64,000 nt of DNA from Candidatus Saccharimonadales bacterium (GTDB taxonomy: Bacteria; Patescibacteriota; Saccharimonadia; Saccharimonadales; UBA10212), in NCBI GenBank assembly GCA_035717985.1, contig DASTHW010000016.1, positions 1,859 to 65,858 of the forward strand, read 5' to 3'. Each line of letters opens with the position of its first letter. Positions within the stretch are counted from its first letter, which is position 1. This document shows, piece by piece, positions 45,516 to 54,993 of the stretch. The position numbers and the translations under genes were made by a program. The notes under the pieces were generated by a model that had not been told where the DNA came from, did not search any database, and saw only the letters and a list, made by a program, of their open reading frames with translations.

Positions 45516-46556
45516 ATGGAAGAGGCCGAGGCCAGCCAGAAGTTGAATCTCGACAAAGTCATCCAAGACATCTTGGGGACTATCGAGCGTGAGCGTGAGA
45601 GAGAAATCGTTTCGCGCCGGTTCGGCCTGTACGACCGCCGGGAAACACTGGAACAGATTGGTGAACTTTTGGGCATAACCCGCGAGCGGGTCCGCCAGCT
45701 GGAGAAATCAGTCGTCACTCGCCTGCGGACCGGCGCCGAGAAGGATTTGCCGCACATTAAAGAAGTTGAGGCGGTCTTATCGGCTCATCTAAAGAGCATG
45801 GGTAATGTGGCCCGGATTAGTGATGTCTCCGAAAAAATTAAACCTAAGTCCACTAAAGTAGATCAGGCCCGGGTCGCCTTTTTGTCGCATTTGAGCCCAG
45901 GCGTAGCTGTTATCGACGATAATGACCACTTTTATCATTCAATCGGTCTGGCTGAGCTCCATAACGAGCGGGCCATTCGCGATCACGTGGGCAAGATTAT
46001 CGACACCGTCAATAAAATTGGCGAGCCAACCAGTATAGAAAATCTAGCCAAACAGTATGGCTCAAAAGATACTAAGCACGTCGAGGCCTTGGCTGGCATC
46101 TCTAAGAACCTGGCTAATTTACATGGCCGCTGGGGGCTGACCAAATGGCCAATGGTTAATCCTAAAAATATCCGCGATAAAATCTATGTGATTTTGCATG
46201 ATAGCGGTAAACCAATGCATTTTTCGGAGATTTCTCAGGCTATCAAGCAGAGTGACTTTCGACGAAAGGATGTCACTACTCAAGCCATCCATAACGAGCT
46301 AATCAAAGACAAGCGGTTTGTTCTAATCGGTCGTGGCATTTATGCACTGCGTGAATGGGGCTATAAGAAAGGCACTGTGGCCGATGTAATTGCCGAAGTT
46401 CTACGCAAAGAGGGCGGCCCCCTGCACAGAGATGAAATTGTCCGGCGGGTACTAAAAAACCGCCAGGTCAAAGAAACTACTATTTTATTAAACTTGCAGG
46501 GCAAGCCCCAGTTTAAACGCGTCGCTAAAGCTACCTATAACCTAGCCGAAGCTTAA
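45516..46556 (+). CDS. sigma-70 region-4-like HTH protein with C-terminal HARE-HTH-like winged helix
   Basis: The N-terminus REREIVSRRFGLYDRRETLEQIGELLGITRERVRQLEKSVVTRL matches a sigma region 4.2 pattern. The C-terminal IYVILHDSGKPMHFSEISQAI resembles HARE-HTH. Regions 2 and 3 are absent. Confidence 0.6.
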   Translation: MEEAEASQKLNLDKVIQDILGTIEREREREIVSRRFGLYDRRETLEQIGELLGITRERVRQLEKSVVTRLRTGAEKDLPHIKEVEAVLSAHLKSMGNVARISDVSEKIKPKSTKVDQARVAFLSHLSPGVAVIDDNDHFYHSIGLAELHNERAIRDHVGKIIDTVNKIGEPTSIENLAKQYGSKDTKHVEALAGISKNLANLHGRWGLTKWPMVNPKNIRDKIYVILHDSGKPMHFSEISQAIKQSDFRRKDVTTQAIHNELIKDKRFVLIGRGIYALREWGYKKGTVADVIAEVLRKEGGPLHRDEIVRRVLKNRQVKETTILLNLQGKPQFKRVAKATYNLAEA

Positions 46557-46610
46557 ACCAGCTAGTTAATACTTCCGCCAAAACAGCCAGGCCTACTTGG
46601 CTGTATAATA

Positions 46611-49235
46611 ATGAGTGGATTTATGCAGCGATTAAATAGGGGTAAAACCAGCGGCCAGGCCAGGCAGGAAGAAGTCCTGCTTATGCTGGAGGTTCCACGG
46701 ACCAACGACAAGAAGGAGCTGGCGGCCGAACAGATGCTAGCCGCCCTGCACGGAATACTGAGGCCAAAGCGCGAACTTCGGGCCAGCGGTAGCATGCAGG
46801 AGCATATCAGCCTGGAGATAGTAGCCATGGCTCAGCGCATTAGATTTTATATTTGGACGCCCCGGCATCTGCAAGCTTTCGTAGAAGGCCAGATTTACGC
46901 TCAGTACCCAACGCTTCAGATTCACGAGCAGACTGAGGATTATTCACAACGTAAGCTCCACCAAACCGTAATCCACACTTCTGAACTCGAATTAACAGAT
47001 AATGAAACTTTGCCGATTAAGACCTTTCCCAGCTTTGAAGTTGACCCGCTGGCCGCCATCACGGCAACTTTAGCGAAACTGGATAAAGAAGATGAAGAAA
47101 TGTGGATTCAGATCTTAGCGCGGCCAATCCCGGATGATTGGCACCGCAAAGGTCAGCGCATGGCCAGCCGCATTAAAGGGGGCAGGGGACTGCTGGGCGG
47201 CAGTGGCTCGCTAGGTTACATTGGCGAGGCTATTGCCGCCCTAGCTAGGCCGCCTCAAGCCGGTGCCGCCAAGCCGGAATTATCAGAAAGGGACAAATCC
47301 CGTGTCTCAGCCATAGAAGAGAAGAGCAATAAACTAGGTTACCGGGTTAAGATTCGCTTGCTCTATGCCGGACACGACCAACACACCGCCCGCCTGCGCA
47401 TGCAGGCTCTTGTTGGCACCTTTAAGCAATTTAATACCACCAACCTAAATGGTTTTAAGGCCGCCCGCGCCAGCTTTAACCGCGAAAAACAGATTGAATT
47501 TGAGACCCGCTTTTTTATTGATAACGGCTTTATCTTAAACATTGAAGAGCTAGCCAGCCTGTTCCATTTGCCGCATACCACAGTAGAGACGCCCAATATC
47601 GTCTGGTCAACTACCAAAACGGCCGAGCCGCCGCCAAATGTACCGATTTTAGTCAAAGGCCAGGAAGACGAAATCAGCTTGCTGGGAGTGACTAATTTTC
47701 GCGGTGACAATACGGTCTTTGGTCTCCGGCGGGAGGACCGCGGCCGCCACACATACATTCTGGGTCAAACCGGCACTGGTAAATCCGGCGTGCTAGAGCT
47801 ACTCACCATATCTGATATTTATTACGATCAGGGCTTTGCTGTCATCGATCCGCACGGGGATTATGCCCAACACGTGCTGACTTTTATACCTAAGCGTCGG
47901 TTGGACGACGTCGTTTACTTTAACCCGGCTGACACCGAGCATCCTATCGGCTTTAACCCGCTAGAGATTACTGATAAGACCCTAAAGGGCCACATCAGTT
48001 CAGAGATGGTTGGTGTTCTCAAGCGGCTGTTTGCCGAGAGCTGGGGACCACGCCTGGAATACATACTGCGTTATAGTTTGCTGGCTCTGCTTGATTATCC
48101 TAATTCAACCCTGCTAGATATTACCCGGCTTTTGACAGATAAGAAATTCCGAGCCCAGGTCATAAAGTATATCGACGACCCGGTAGTTAAAAACTTCTGG
48201 GTAACCGAATTTGCCAGCTGGAATGATAAATTTGCCTCCGAGGCCGTAGCACCAGTGCTCAACAAAGTTGGCGCCTTCACAGCCAATCCTATGATTAGAA
48301 ATATTATCGGCCAGCCCAAGAGCACCTTTAACCTTCGGAAAATTATGGATGAAGGCAAAATTTTAGTGGTAAACCTTAGCCGCGGGTTAATGGGGGAGGA
48401 CAATGCCGGGATCCTAGGCGCCATGATGGTGACAAAAATACAACTGGCGGCCATGGGCAGGGCAGACCTGCCGGAAGCTAAGCGCCGGCCGTTTTACCTC
48501 TATGTAGACGAGTTTCAAAACTTTGCTACCGACTCATTTGCCACAATTTTGTCAGAGGCCCGCAAATACGCCCTTAACCTAACCGTTGCCAATCAATACA
48601 TTTCGCAGATGGCGGAACCGGTCCGTGATGCCGTATTTGGCAATGTCGGGACAATAATGAGCTTTCGGGTCAGCCCCGATGACGCACCGTTTTTACAAAA
48701 ATACTTTGAGCCGCAGTTCGAGGCGGCTGATTTAATCCAACAGCATTCACGCTATTTCTTTTTAAGTATGATTATTGACGGTGAAAAGGCCCCGCCGTTT
48801 TCAGCCAAGACTCTAAACTTGCCGGAGGCACCGGAAGACCTTACTACTGAGATAATTAAGCTATCGCGCGATAAATATTCCGGCGATCTGGCTAGCGTCG
48901 AGGCTATGATTAGACGTAATACATTGTCCGGCAATGAATCGATCGCTGAGCCGCCGCCTCAGCAGAAACTTCCTAGCCCCAGTCACCGAGTTGGCCGGAT
49001 GGCTACCAGCCTAGTTCAGACCGGCATTATTGATAAAGTTGAGACATATAAAGAGTCCTCTCCAGACGGCACAGATCCTGCACCCGTTAAAAAGAAACGT
49101 ACCCGCCGCGGTGGCCGAGGCAGAAAGAAACAGCCTATCAGCCTGCCTACGCCAGAAGCTGTTCGGGCTAAGCAGGCGCCGGAAACGGTTAGCAAAGACG
49201 CTGATAGCGACGAATTTGTAATTCATCTGCGTTAA
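46611..49235 (+). CDS. large P-loop NTPase of the TraD/VirD4/TrwB coupling-protein-like (DUF87/HerA-related) type
   Basis: 874 aa with Walker A ILGQTGTGKSG, Walker B FYLYVDEFQNF, and a basic C-terminal tail (KKKRTRRGGRGRKK). No TM segments noted. Confidence 0.7.
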   Translation: MSGFMQRLNRGKTSGQARQEEVLLMLEVPRTNDKKELAAEQMLAALHGILRPKRELRASGSMQEHISLEIVAMAQRIRFYIWTPRHLQAFVEGQIYAQYPTLQIHEQTEDYSQRKLHQTVIHTSELELTDNETLPIKTFPSFEVDPLAAITATLAKLDKEDEEMWIQILARPIPDDWHRKGQRMASRIKGGRGLLGGSGSLGYIGEAIAALARPPQAGAAKPELSERDKSRVSAIEEKSNKLGYRVKIRLLYAGHDQHTARLRMQALVGTFKQFNTTNLNGFKAARASFNREKQIEFETRFFIDNGFILNIEELASLFHLPHTTVETPNIVWSTTKTAEPPPNVPILVKGQEDEISLLGVTNFRGDNTVFGLRREDRGRHTYILGQTGTGKSGVLELLTISDIYYDQGFAVIDPHGDYAQHVLTFIPKRRLDDVVYFNPADTEHPIGFNPLEITDKTLKGHISSEMVGVLKRLFAESWGPRLEYILRYSLLALLDYPNSTLLDITRLLTDKKFRAQVIKYIDDPVVKNFWVTEFASWNDKFASEAVAPVLNKVGAFTANPMIRNIIGQPKSTFNLRKIMDEGKILVVNLSRGLMGEDNAGILGAMMVTKIQLAAMGRADLPEAKRRPFYLYVDEFQNFATDSFATILSEARKYALNLTVANQYISQMAEPVRDAVFGNVGTIMSFRVSPDDAPFLQKYFEPQFEAADLIQQHSRYFFLSMIIDGEKAPPFSAKTLNLPEAPEDLTTEIIKLSRDKYSGDLASVEAMIRRNTLSGNESIAEPPPQQKLPSPSHRVGRMATSLVQTGIIDKVETYKESSPDGTDPAPVKKKRTRRGGRGRKKQPISLPTPEAVRAKQAPETVSKDADSDEFVIHLR

Positions 49236-49504
49236 AGCGATTTATAAACCATCAGGGCATTCCCTATTGCAGGCTCTCTGCACTGATGGCTCTATAAAAA
49301 TGCTAAGGAATGCAAGCCGAACGTTTTACGAACATGGTAGACTACGTCTGGATTTTCAGCAAGGCCAACCCGAAAGGCAATTTGCCATGCGGGCAAGGAA
49401 ACAAATAGATAGTTTAATAAAAAAATAAATTAAAAAATTAGAAGTGGAGCAGAAAAATCTTAGTGAAACGCGGGAGGGTAAAGCAAATTCCAGCCATAGA
49501 CTAT

Positions 49505-49532
49505 ACGTCGCACAATGTATATTTTGCGACTT
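49505..49532. other. candidate dif-like Xer recombination site
   Basis: acgtcgcacaa-tgtata-ttttgcgactt. The 11-nt arms match at 9 of 11 as an inverted repeat (core 9-mers at 8 of 9). The 6-nt spacer is identical to the E. coli dif centre TGTATA. It lies in the AT-rich gap where plus-strand and minus-strand gene blocks converge. Confidence 0.4.
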
Positions 49533-50110
49533 ACTATAAGGAGCTCAGGTTGATTAACTATCCCCCTGGCATAAGGGGACTTCTACTAAGACTCCGCCAA
49601 TTATTGGCAATTATTTGTTCTGCCTTGCGTATTATTCCTTGGTTTATTCCTCAGCCTGCCTAGACTGTCTTGTAAAGTCACCTAAAGTTATCCACAGCTT
49701 TATTCAGTTCGACTGTTTGCTTTTTTCCACTTTCATATTTTTATATATTTTTCCCCTTTTCTGCCCGATTATATTTATTATTTCACATTTAGCTAAACTA
49801 CACCTGGCTCCCTGCTCTAACGGCCAGTTAATTAAAAACGCTTAACTGAACAAATAGCGAACTAGAGCGGGTAATGCACTTATCTAAGTTATTAAATAGA
49901 GATAATTACTAATATTATGTCGTTACTATATGTCATTTGTTTCTGTCCTCTCTTTTAGCTACACTTGCTTCAGCCCTTGCCCCGCTGGTAACAATGTCGG
50001 CTAGAAAAAAAACGAAATAGTGAATTTAATTGTTCATGCACAGGCTAGACCACTAATAACACCTTACGAAATACTGACTGCACACTGTTATCCACGGCTG
50101 TGATTATTGT

Positions 50111-50890
50111 TCAACTAGCCAGCTTTTTGGCTAAAAATTGGGCATTTTCGACAGCTTTGGCACTTTTATCATTGTTGAAATAGCCGTAGACAGCTTTACA
50201 ATCACCGGTGTTATTTTTAATAAAACTGGCCCATTTAGATAACTCTTTATCAGAATAAGAGTCGGCATATAGACGCTTAGCCCCATGCCAGCGCAGATAT
50301 GCAAAGTCGGCCGTTACTCTGCAATCAGTCGGCCAAATATCCGGCGCACTATTAATGACGAAGGCTATATTTAGAGAACTCAAAAGTGCAAATATTTTAT
50401 CCGTTATCCAGCTAGCATGGCGGCACTCTAGGGCGATAGGGAAAGCTTGGCCGTATCTGTTTTCTGCCTTTTTGAACTGCATGATTAAATTTACAACCTT
50501 CTCTTCACTAGCCGGAAAACTAGCCGGTAATTGTACTAAAACTACCGCAAATTTAGACTCCAAAAATCTAGCTCTTGAACAAAATAAATCAATGCCGTGG
50601 TTAGTTTGATCATCGGTCTTTAACCTTTTAATATGTGTTAAAAACCGGCTGAGTTTAACCGCAAATTTAAAGCCGTCCGGAGTCAACTTACGCCAGTTTT
50701 CAAAAGCTTTTTCGCTGGGCAAGCGGTAAAAACTGTTGTTAATCTCAACGGTCGGAAAATGCTCGGCGTAAAAACTAAGTTTCTCGGTATTTTGCATTTT
50801 TGGCGGATAAAAACGTTTGGCCCAATCTTTATATATCCAGCCGCTGGTACCAATTAAATATTTAGTCGAGGTGAGCGAGGACTTTTTCAA
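50111..50890 (-). CDS. DUF72 (UPF0759, YecE-like) protein
   Basis: GWIYKDWAKRFYPPKM ... LSFYAEHFPTVEINNSFY is characteristic of DUF72. It overlaps the ligD 3' end by 29 nt. Confidence 0.8.
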   Translation of the reverse strand: MKKSSLTSTKYLIGTSGWIYKDWAKRFYPPKMQNTEKLSFYAEHFPTVEINNSFYRLPSEKAFENWRKLTPDGFKFAVKLSRFLTHIKRLKTDDQTNHGIDLFCSRARFLESKFAVVLVQLPASFPASEEKVVNLIMQFKKAENRYGQAFPIALECRHASWITDKIFALLSSLNIAFVINSAPDIWPTDCRVTADFAYLRWHGAKRLYADSYSDKELSKWASFIKNNTGDCKAVYGYFNNDKSAKAVENAQFLAKKLAS

Positions 50891-53300
50891 TATCTATCCC
50901 CTTGCCTATCACCGGCTGCCAAATGTCACCAATATCCTTAAGCCTGCGGCCCATATTTTTAATGTTAAATTCAGCTGGGTTCAGTCGGCTATTAACTTCC
51001 TTCCAGTCGATAGGCGCAGAAACACTAGCAGACGGCGTAGGCCGCACACAGTAAGGTGCCGCCAAAGTCTGGCCTTTTCGATTTTGCAGATAATCTAAAT
51101 AAACCTTGCCCTGGCGCTTTTTAGGGCTCCGCTCTAGACTGGTTGTTTTAGGTAACCTCTGATGGACTAGGTTGGCAAGTAACTGAGCAAATTGTTTAGT
51201 CTGTTCGTAGTTATATTTTGCGGCCAGCGGAATATAAATATGAATACCAGTTTTACCCGAAGTTTTAGCTAAATTTACTATATTTAACTCCTTACATACT
51301 TGATTTACAGCTTTGGCCGCTTGAATAACTTCACTAAATGAAATTCTCTCTGGATCCAGGTCTATGACGCACCAATCCGGATTATCTAAGTGTTCTATCT
51401 TGGAGTTCCACGGATTAATTTCAATACAGCCTAATTGGACCATATATAGCAGGCTGTCCATGGAGTCGGCTACCAGATAATTGATATCTTTTTTATTCGA
51501 TTCAGAGTAAATAGCTTTAGTTTTTACCCAATCCGGCGGCGAATAATTAACATCCTTTTGGAAAAAAGAGTCGCCATCAATACCATTAGGCTGGCGCAGT
51601 AGCGAGTGAGGTCGATCTTTTATATAAGGTAGAATATATTCCCCTACATCTTGGTAATAGTTAACTAGATCGCCCTTTGTAGTACCGGCCGAGGGGAAGA
51701 AAATCTTATCTAAATGGCTAAAATCGACCCGGCTAGCCGGGTTTTTTTTAGCCGGTTTAGATGCTACCGCCTTCGTCTTTAAAGGCATTTCTCTAACAAC
51801 TTGTTTGGGCTTTTTATCGTCGCGCAGACCTTTAAAAATTGGCTGGCGCATATGACCGGTTGAAGTCCATTCGCTAAAAGAAACCTCACAGACCATAGAC
51901 GGCTTTAGCCAGTGGGCTGGTGCATTGGGTTTAAAACTTTCACTAAAAGGTGATTTAGAAACTTCCAGTTTTTCTAAGGACTGCCTTAGAAGTCTCAACT
52001 GCGACGAGGGGATACCGCCACCGGTGTGGCCAATGTAATGAAGGCGCCCGTCAGAGCCGTAAACACCCAAAATTAAAGCGCCAATATGTTTTCTCGAACC
52101 GCTGGGCTCGGTAAAGCCGCCAATTACCGCCTCTTGGCGTAGCTCCGTCTTAATCTTCAGCCACTGTTTACTGCGCCTCCCACAGTGATATTTGCTGTCA
52201 GCTTTTTTAGCGATAATACCTTCTAGATTTTGGCTTTTAGCCAGACTATAAAAATCATTGCCAGCACCATCTATATGGTCGCTATAGTGAATCAACCCGA
52301 CATTGCCAAGTTGAGCCAAAATTTCCTTTCGGCGGCTAAGCGGCAGGCCGGTTAAATCATGGCCATCACACCAAAGAATATCGAAGACGTAGTAAACTAG
52401 CTGGCCCTTTGGCGCCCTGCCGTAATCTTGTAGCCAGCCAAAGTTAGCCTTACCTTGAGCGTCTACGGCTACTACCTCACCGTCAAGCACTACTTTATGC
52501 TCAAGACGACGCAGTGACTCTAAAATTGGCTTATAGTGGCTAAAGCCATTACCCTGGCGTGAATAGAGGCGGGCCGAGCGGCCATCCCACTGACCCAGTG
52601 CCCGGTAGCCATCCCATTTAATCTCAAACAGCCACCCAACATCGTCAAATGGCTCATCAGTCAGCGTGGCTAACTGAGGCCTGACGTTTTTGGGCATACC
52701 TGCTTTGGGCGCAGACGATAAATCAATCTTATCCTGAGACAGCTCCTCTACCCTTCGGCCGCTAACAACAGATTGATCCTGGCCGGTTACATCGATATCA
52801 CCGGCATAGCGGTCCTTCTTTTTGACTAACAGCCAGGCATTATCCCCCATCGACGGACTTTTGATTAGACCAAATTCACCGTTTAATTTTTGACCTCTCA
52901 ACACAATGGTCAGTCGGCCGCGCTTTAACTGTTTTAAAAGGTATTCCTCCTTACTATCAGTTTTCTGCCGAGGCTCGTACGTGCCGCGGTCCCAAATAAT
53001 TACATTACCGGCACCGTAGCTTTTTTTAGGGATAACCCCTTCAAATTTTCGATAATCATAAGGGTGATCTTCAACCATCATAGCTAGCCTTTTATCGCTA
53101 GGATTTAGCGATGGGCCCTTGGGCACAGCCCAGCTTTTTAGCACGCCGCCCATCTCTAGGCGAAAATCATAATGCAGGTGGCTGGCGTGGTGCTTGTGAA
53201 CTACAAATTCTAGGCTAGCTGATTTTTCTTTACCCTTGGCCGGCGTGGGCTCTGGTGTTTTAGTAAAGTCGCGCAGGCTTTTATATCTAGTGAGGCTCAT
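50862..53300 (-). CDS. ligD: multidomain ATP-dependent DNA ligase LigD (phosphoesterase-ligase-polymerase order)
   Basis: N-terminal PE domain FVVHKHHASHLHYDFRLE. Adenylation motif EIKWDGYR (KxDG). C-terminal primase-polymerase domain (FPSAGTTKGDLVNYYQDV, LLRQPNGIDGDSFFQKD, IDLDP). Confidence 0.9.
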   Translation of the reverse strand: MSLTRYKSLRDFTKTPEPTPAKGKEKSASLEFVVHKHHASHLHYDFRLEMGGVLKSWAVPKGPSLNPSDKRLAMMVEDHPYDYRKFEGVIPKKSYGAGNVIIWDRGTYEPRQKTDSKEEYLLKQLKRGRLTIVLRGQKLNGEFGLIKSPSMGDNAWLLVKKKDRYAGDIDVTGQDQSVVSGRRVEELSQDKIDLSSAPKAGMPKNVRPQLATLTDEPFDDVGWLFEIKWDGYRALGQWDGRSARLYSRQGNGFSHYKPILESLRRLEHKVVLDGEVVAVDAQGKANFGWLQDYGRAPKGQLVYYVFDILWCDGHDLTGLPLSRRKEILAQLGNVGLIHYSDHIDGAGNDFYSLAKSQNLEGIIAKKADSKYHCGRRSKQWLKIKTELRQEAVIGGFTEPSGSRKHIGALILGVYGSDGRLHYIGHTGGGIPSSQLRLLRQSLEKLEVSKSPFSESFKPNAPAHWLKPSMVCEVSFSEWTSTGHMRQPIFKGLRDDKKPKQVVREMPLKTKAVASKPAKKNPASRVDFSHLDKIFFPSAGTTKGDLVNYYQDVGEYILPYIKDRPHSLLRQPNGIDGDSFFQKDVNYSPPDWVKTKAIYSESNKKDINYLVADSMDSLLYMVQLGCIEINPWNSKIEHLDNPDWCVIDLDPERISFSEVIQAAKAVNQVCKELNIVNLAKTSGKTGIHIYIPLAAKYNYEQTKQFAQLLANLVHQRLPKTTSLERSPKKRQGKVYLDYLQNRKGQTLAAPYCVRPTPSASVSAPIDWKEVNSRLNPAEFNIKNMGRRLKDIGDIWQPVIGKGIDIEKVLAHLD

Positions 53301-53309
53301 AAAAGACCC

Positions 53310-54080
53310 TTAAGCTTTTTGGGATTCAAGGCTAGCTTTGAGGGTGCTCATCAGGTCTTTAACCTTGGTCGGCCGAGGTTCAGAGCCATGAGTTTTGGGT
53401 TCATGGCCTTTGGCTTTTTGCTCAATAATTTCTTCTAGCTCTTCGGTATAAGTGTCATGCCAGTCTTCGGCTATAAACGGTTTGGTAAGCTGATCAATTA
53501 AAGCTAGGGCCATCTTTAGCTCCGCCTCACCTACTTCGCTGTCCGGTAAATTTAAATCAGTTGGCCGCCTGACATCAGCCGGAAAACGCATTTGATTTAG
53601 CACCAGCGCATGGCCGATTGGCTTAACAGCCCCCATATTATCCCGCGCCCGCATAGCGTACTTTACTAGGGCCACTTTGCCCGATTTTTTTAAAGCCTCA
53701 TGTAGGAGCCGGTAGGCTTGCTCTGCTCCCCTGCCCGGCTCTAAATAGTACGGCTTGTCATAATAGCGGCTGTCAATTTCTGACTCATCAGCAAATTGCC
53801 TAATTTCTAGGGTTTTCGTCTTCCGGGCGTCGGCTTTTTTAAAATCTTCACTACTAAGAGTTATGTAGTCGCCGTCTTGATATTCATATCCCTTAACAAT
53901 CTCGTCATAGGGGATTTCTTTGCCGTCACGGCGGCATATCCGGGCGTATCTTATGGGCGAAGAATCAGCTTTATGAAGCATGTGAAGATCCAGCCCGGCC
54001 CGGCTCTCACTGCCGCTATACATTTTGACCGGTATGTTAACTAAGCCAAAACCTATGGAACCTGTCCAAATTGCCCGCAA
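53310..54080 (-). CDS. ku: Ku DNA end-binding protein
   Basis: N-terminus RAIWTGSIGFGLVNIPVKMY. 256 aa with a TTG start about 10 nt after the SD aaggag. Confidence 0.9.
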   Translation of the reverse strand: MRAIWTGSIGFGLVNIPVKMYSGSESRAGLDLHMLHKADSSPIRYARICRRDGKEIPYDEIVKGYEYQDGDYITLSSEDFKKADARKTKTLEIRQFADESEIDSRYYDKPYYLEPGRGAEQAYRLLHEALKKSGKVALVKYAMRARDNMGAVKPIGHALVLNQMRFPADVRRPTDLNLPDSEVGEAELKMALALIDQLTKPFIAEDWHDTYTEELEEIIEQKAKGHEPKTHGSEPRPTKVKDLMSTLKASLESQKA

Positions 54081-54160
54081 GATTAATAATCTCCTTACTT
54101 CTTAAGAGTATAAGGATATAGGGACACTAAAACTGTTAACATCTTTACAGGTTGTTCTGG

Positions 54161-54745
54161 TTAAATTTCTGGCGGCCGGCCGGCAAGATGGATAAATTCT
54201 TCTACGAAGCCTTGCCGGCGCTCCCACCAGTAAGTTTTCAGGGCATCGAGTACCTTATTTAGGGCTTCTAGACCAATCTCCTCGGCATTGATGACAATGC
54301 TTTCAATGTCAATGTTTTCCATAGTTTCAATGGTCGTTTTATCATCTTCAAACAAATTGCGGGCTACCCTAAAGGCGGTGTCACCATCGGCCGCCAGGCC
54401 GGCCATAACAAATTCCCTAGCCTGCTCTCTTATCTGGGGGTTCGGATGAGCACTCATGCACTCCACTAATGCCGCCGCCTGGGCGGCACCGTCGCTAGAA
54501 GTGGTACGAAAGGCATAGGCTTCAATCAAATCATAAAAGCCTTGATCAGGATCATCCGCCTGACTATCAAAAGCGCCGGCGTAAGCATCAACCACCGGCC
54601 GCCAGTACTCGGGGCTTTTAGCGCCAACAAAAACCGCCAGAGGCGGTTTTTCAGTTTCACTTTGTCTCTGTTTTACATCGGCACCAGCAGTAAACTGGTG
54701 GGCTTCCATATCAGCAATATACTCCGCCCCTGGCGGTGATGACAA
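54161..54745 (-). CDS. hypothetical acidic protein, first large ORF of the Ku/LigD operon
   Basis: 194 aa, rich in D/E, with no motif recognised. The start is uncertain (TTG at 54745 or ATG at 54709). Confidence 0.5.
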   Translation of the reverse strand: MSSPPGAEYIADMEAHQFTAGADVKQRQSETEKPPLAVFVGAKSPEYWRPVVDAYAGAFDSQADDPDQGFYDLIEAYAFRTTSSDGAAQAAALVECMSAHPNPQIREQAREFVMAGLAADGDTAFRVARNLFEDDKTTIETMENIDIESIVINAEEIGLEALNKVLDALKTYWWERRQGFVEEFIHLAGRPPEI

Positions 54746-54767
54746 TAGTAATTCTTGTGCTTAAGTT

Positions 54768-54929
54768 TTAATCGTCGTTCGGATTCTCGGGCGCTTTGCC
54801 GCCCTCACGCCGGGCTTCGCTCAAGCCGACTGCAATGGCCTGCTTTTTATTCTTGAAGCGGCCTTGGTGTTTGTGCTCGTGCATTTTTTCTTCGACTTTC
54901 TTTTGAGCTTTTGGTCCATATTTAGCCAT
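54768..54929 (-). CDS. small basic protein, DUF6496-like (53 aa)
   Basis: Below the track cutoff. My translation: MAKYGPKAQKKVEEKMHEHKHQGRFKNKKQAIAVGLSEARREGGKAPENPNDD. The SD is gaaggaggg. Confidence 0.5.
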   Translation of the reverse strand: MAKYGPKAQKKVEEKMHEHKHQGRFKNKKQAIAVGLSEARREGGKAPENPNDD

Positions 54930-54993
54930 AATCTACCCTCCTTCGGCTACCAGTTTACAAGCCAATCCAGATAAGAGGCTGTTAAATTTTTGA

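Noticed and set aside
49463-49845. Track ORFs 49463..49663 and 49615..49845 in the AT-rich gap.
   Set aside because: They have no SD and overlap each other. Their Phe/Ile/Leu-rich composition is what AT-rich non-coding DNA produces.
49688-50096. oriC interpretation of the AT-rich gap (two DnaA-box-like 9-mers plus an AT-rich tract).
   Set aside because: Genes converge on this gap rather than diverge from it. No dnaA or dnaN is nearby. A perfect box is expected about 0.5 times per window by chance, and a dif-like site is present. It is kept only as a low-probability alternative in the findings.
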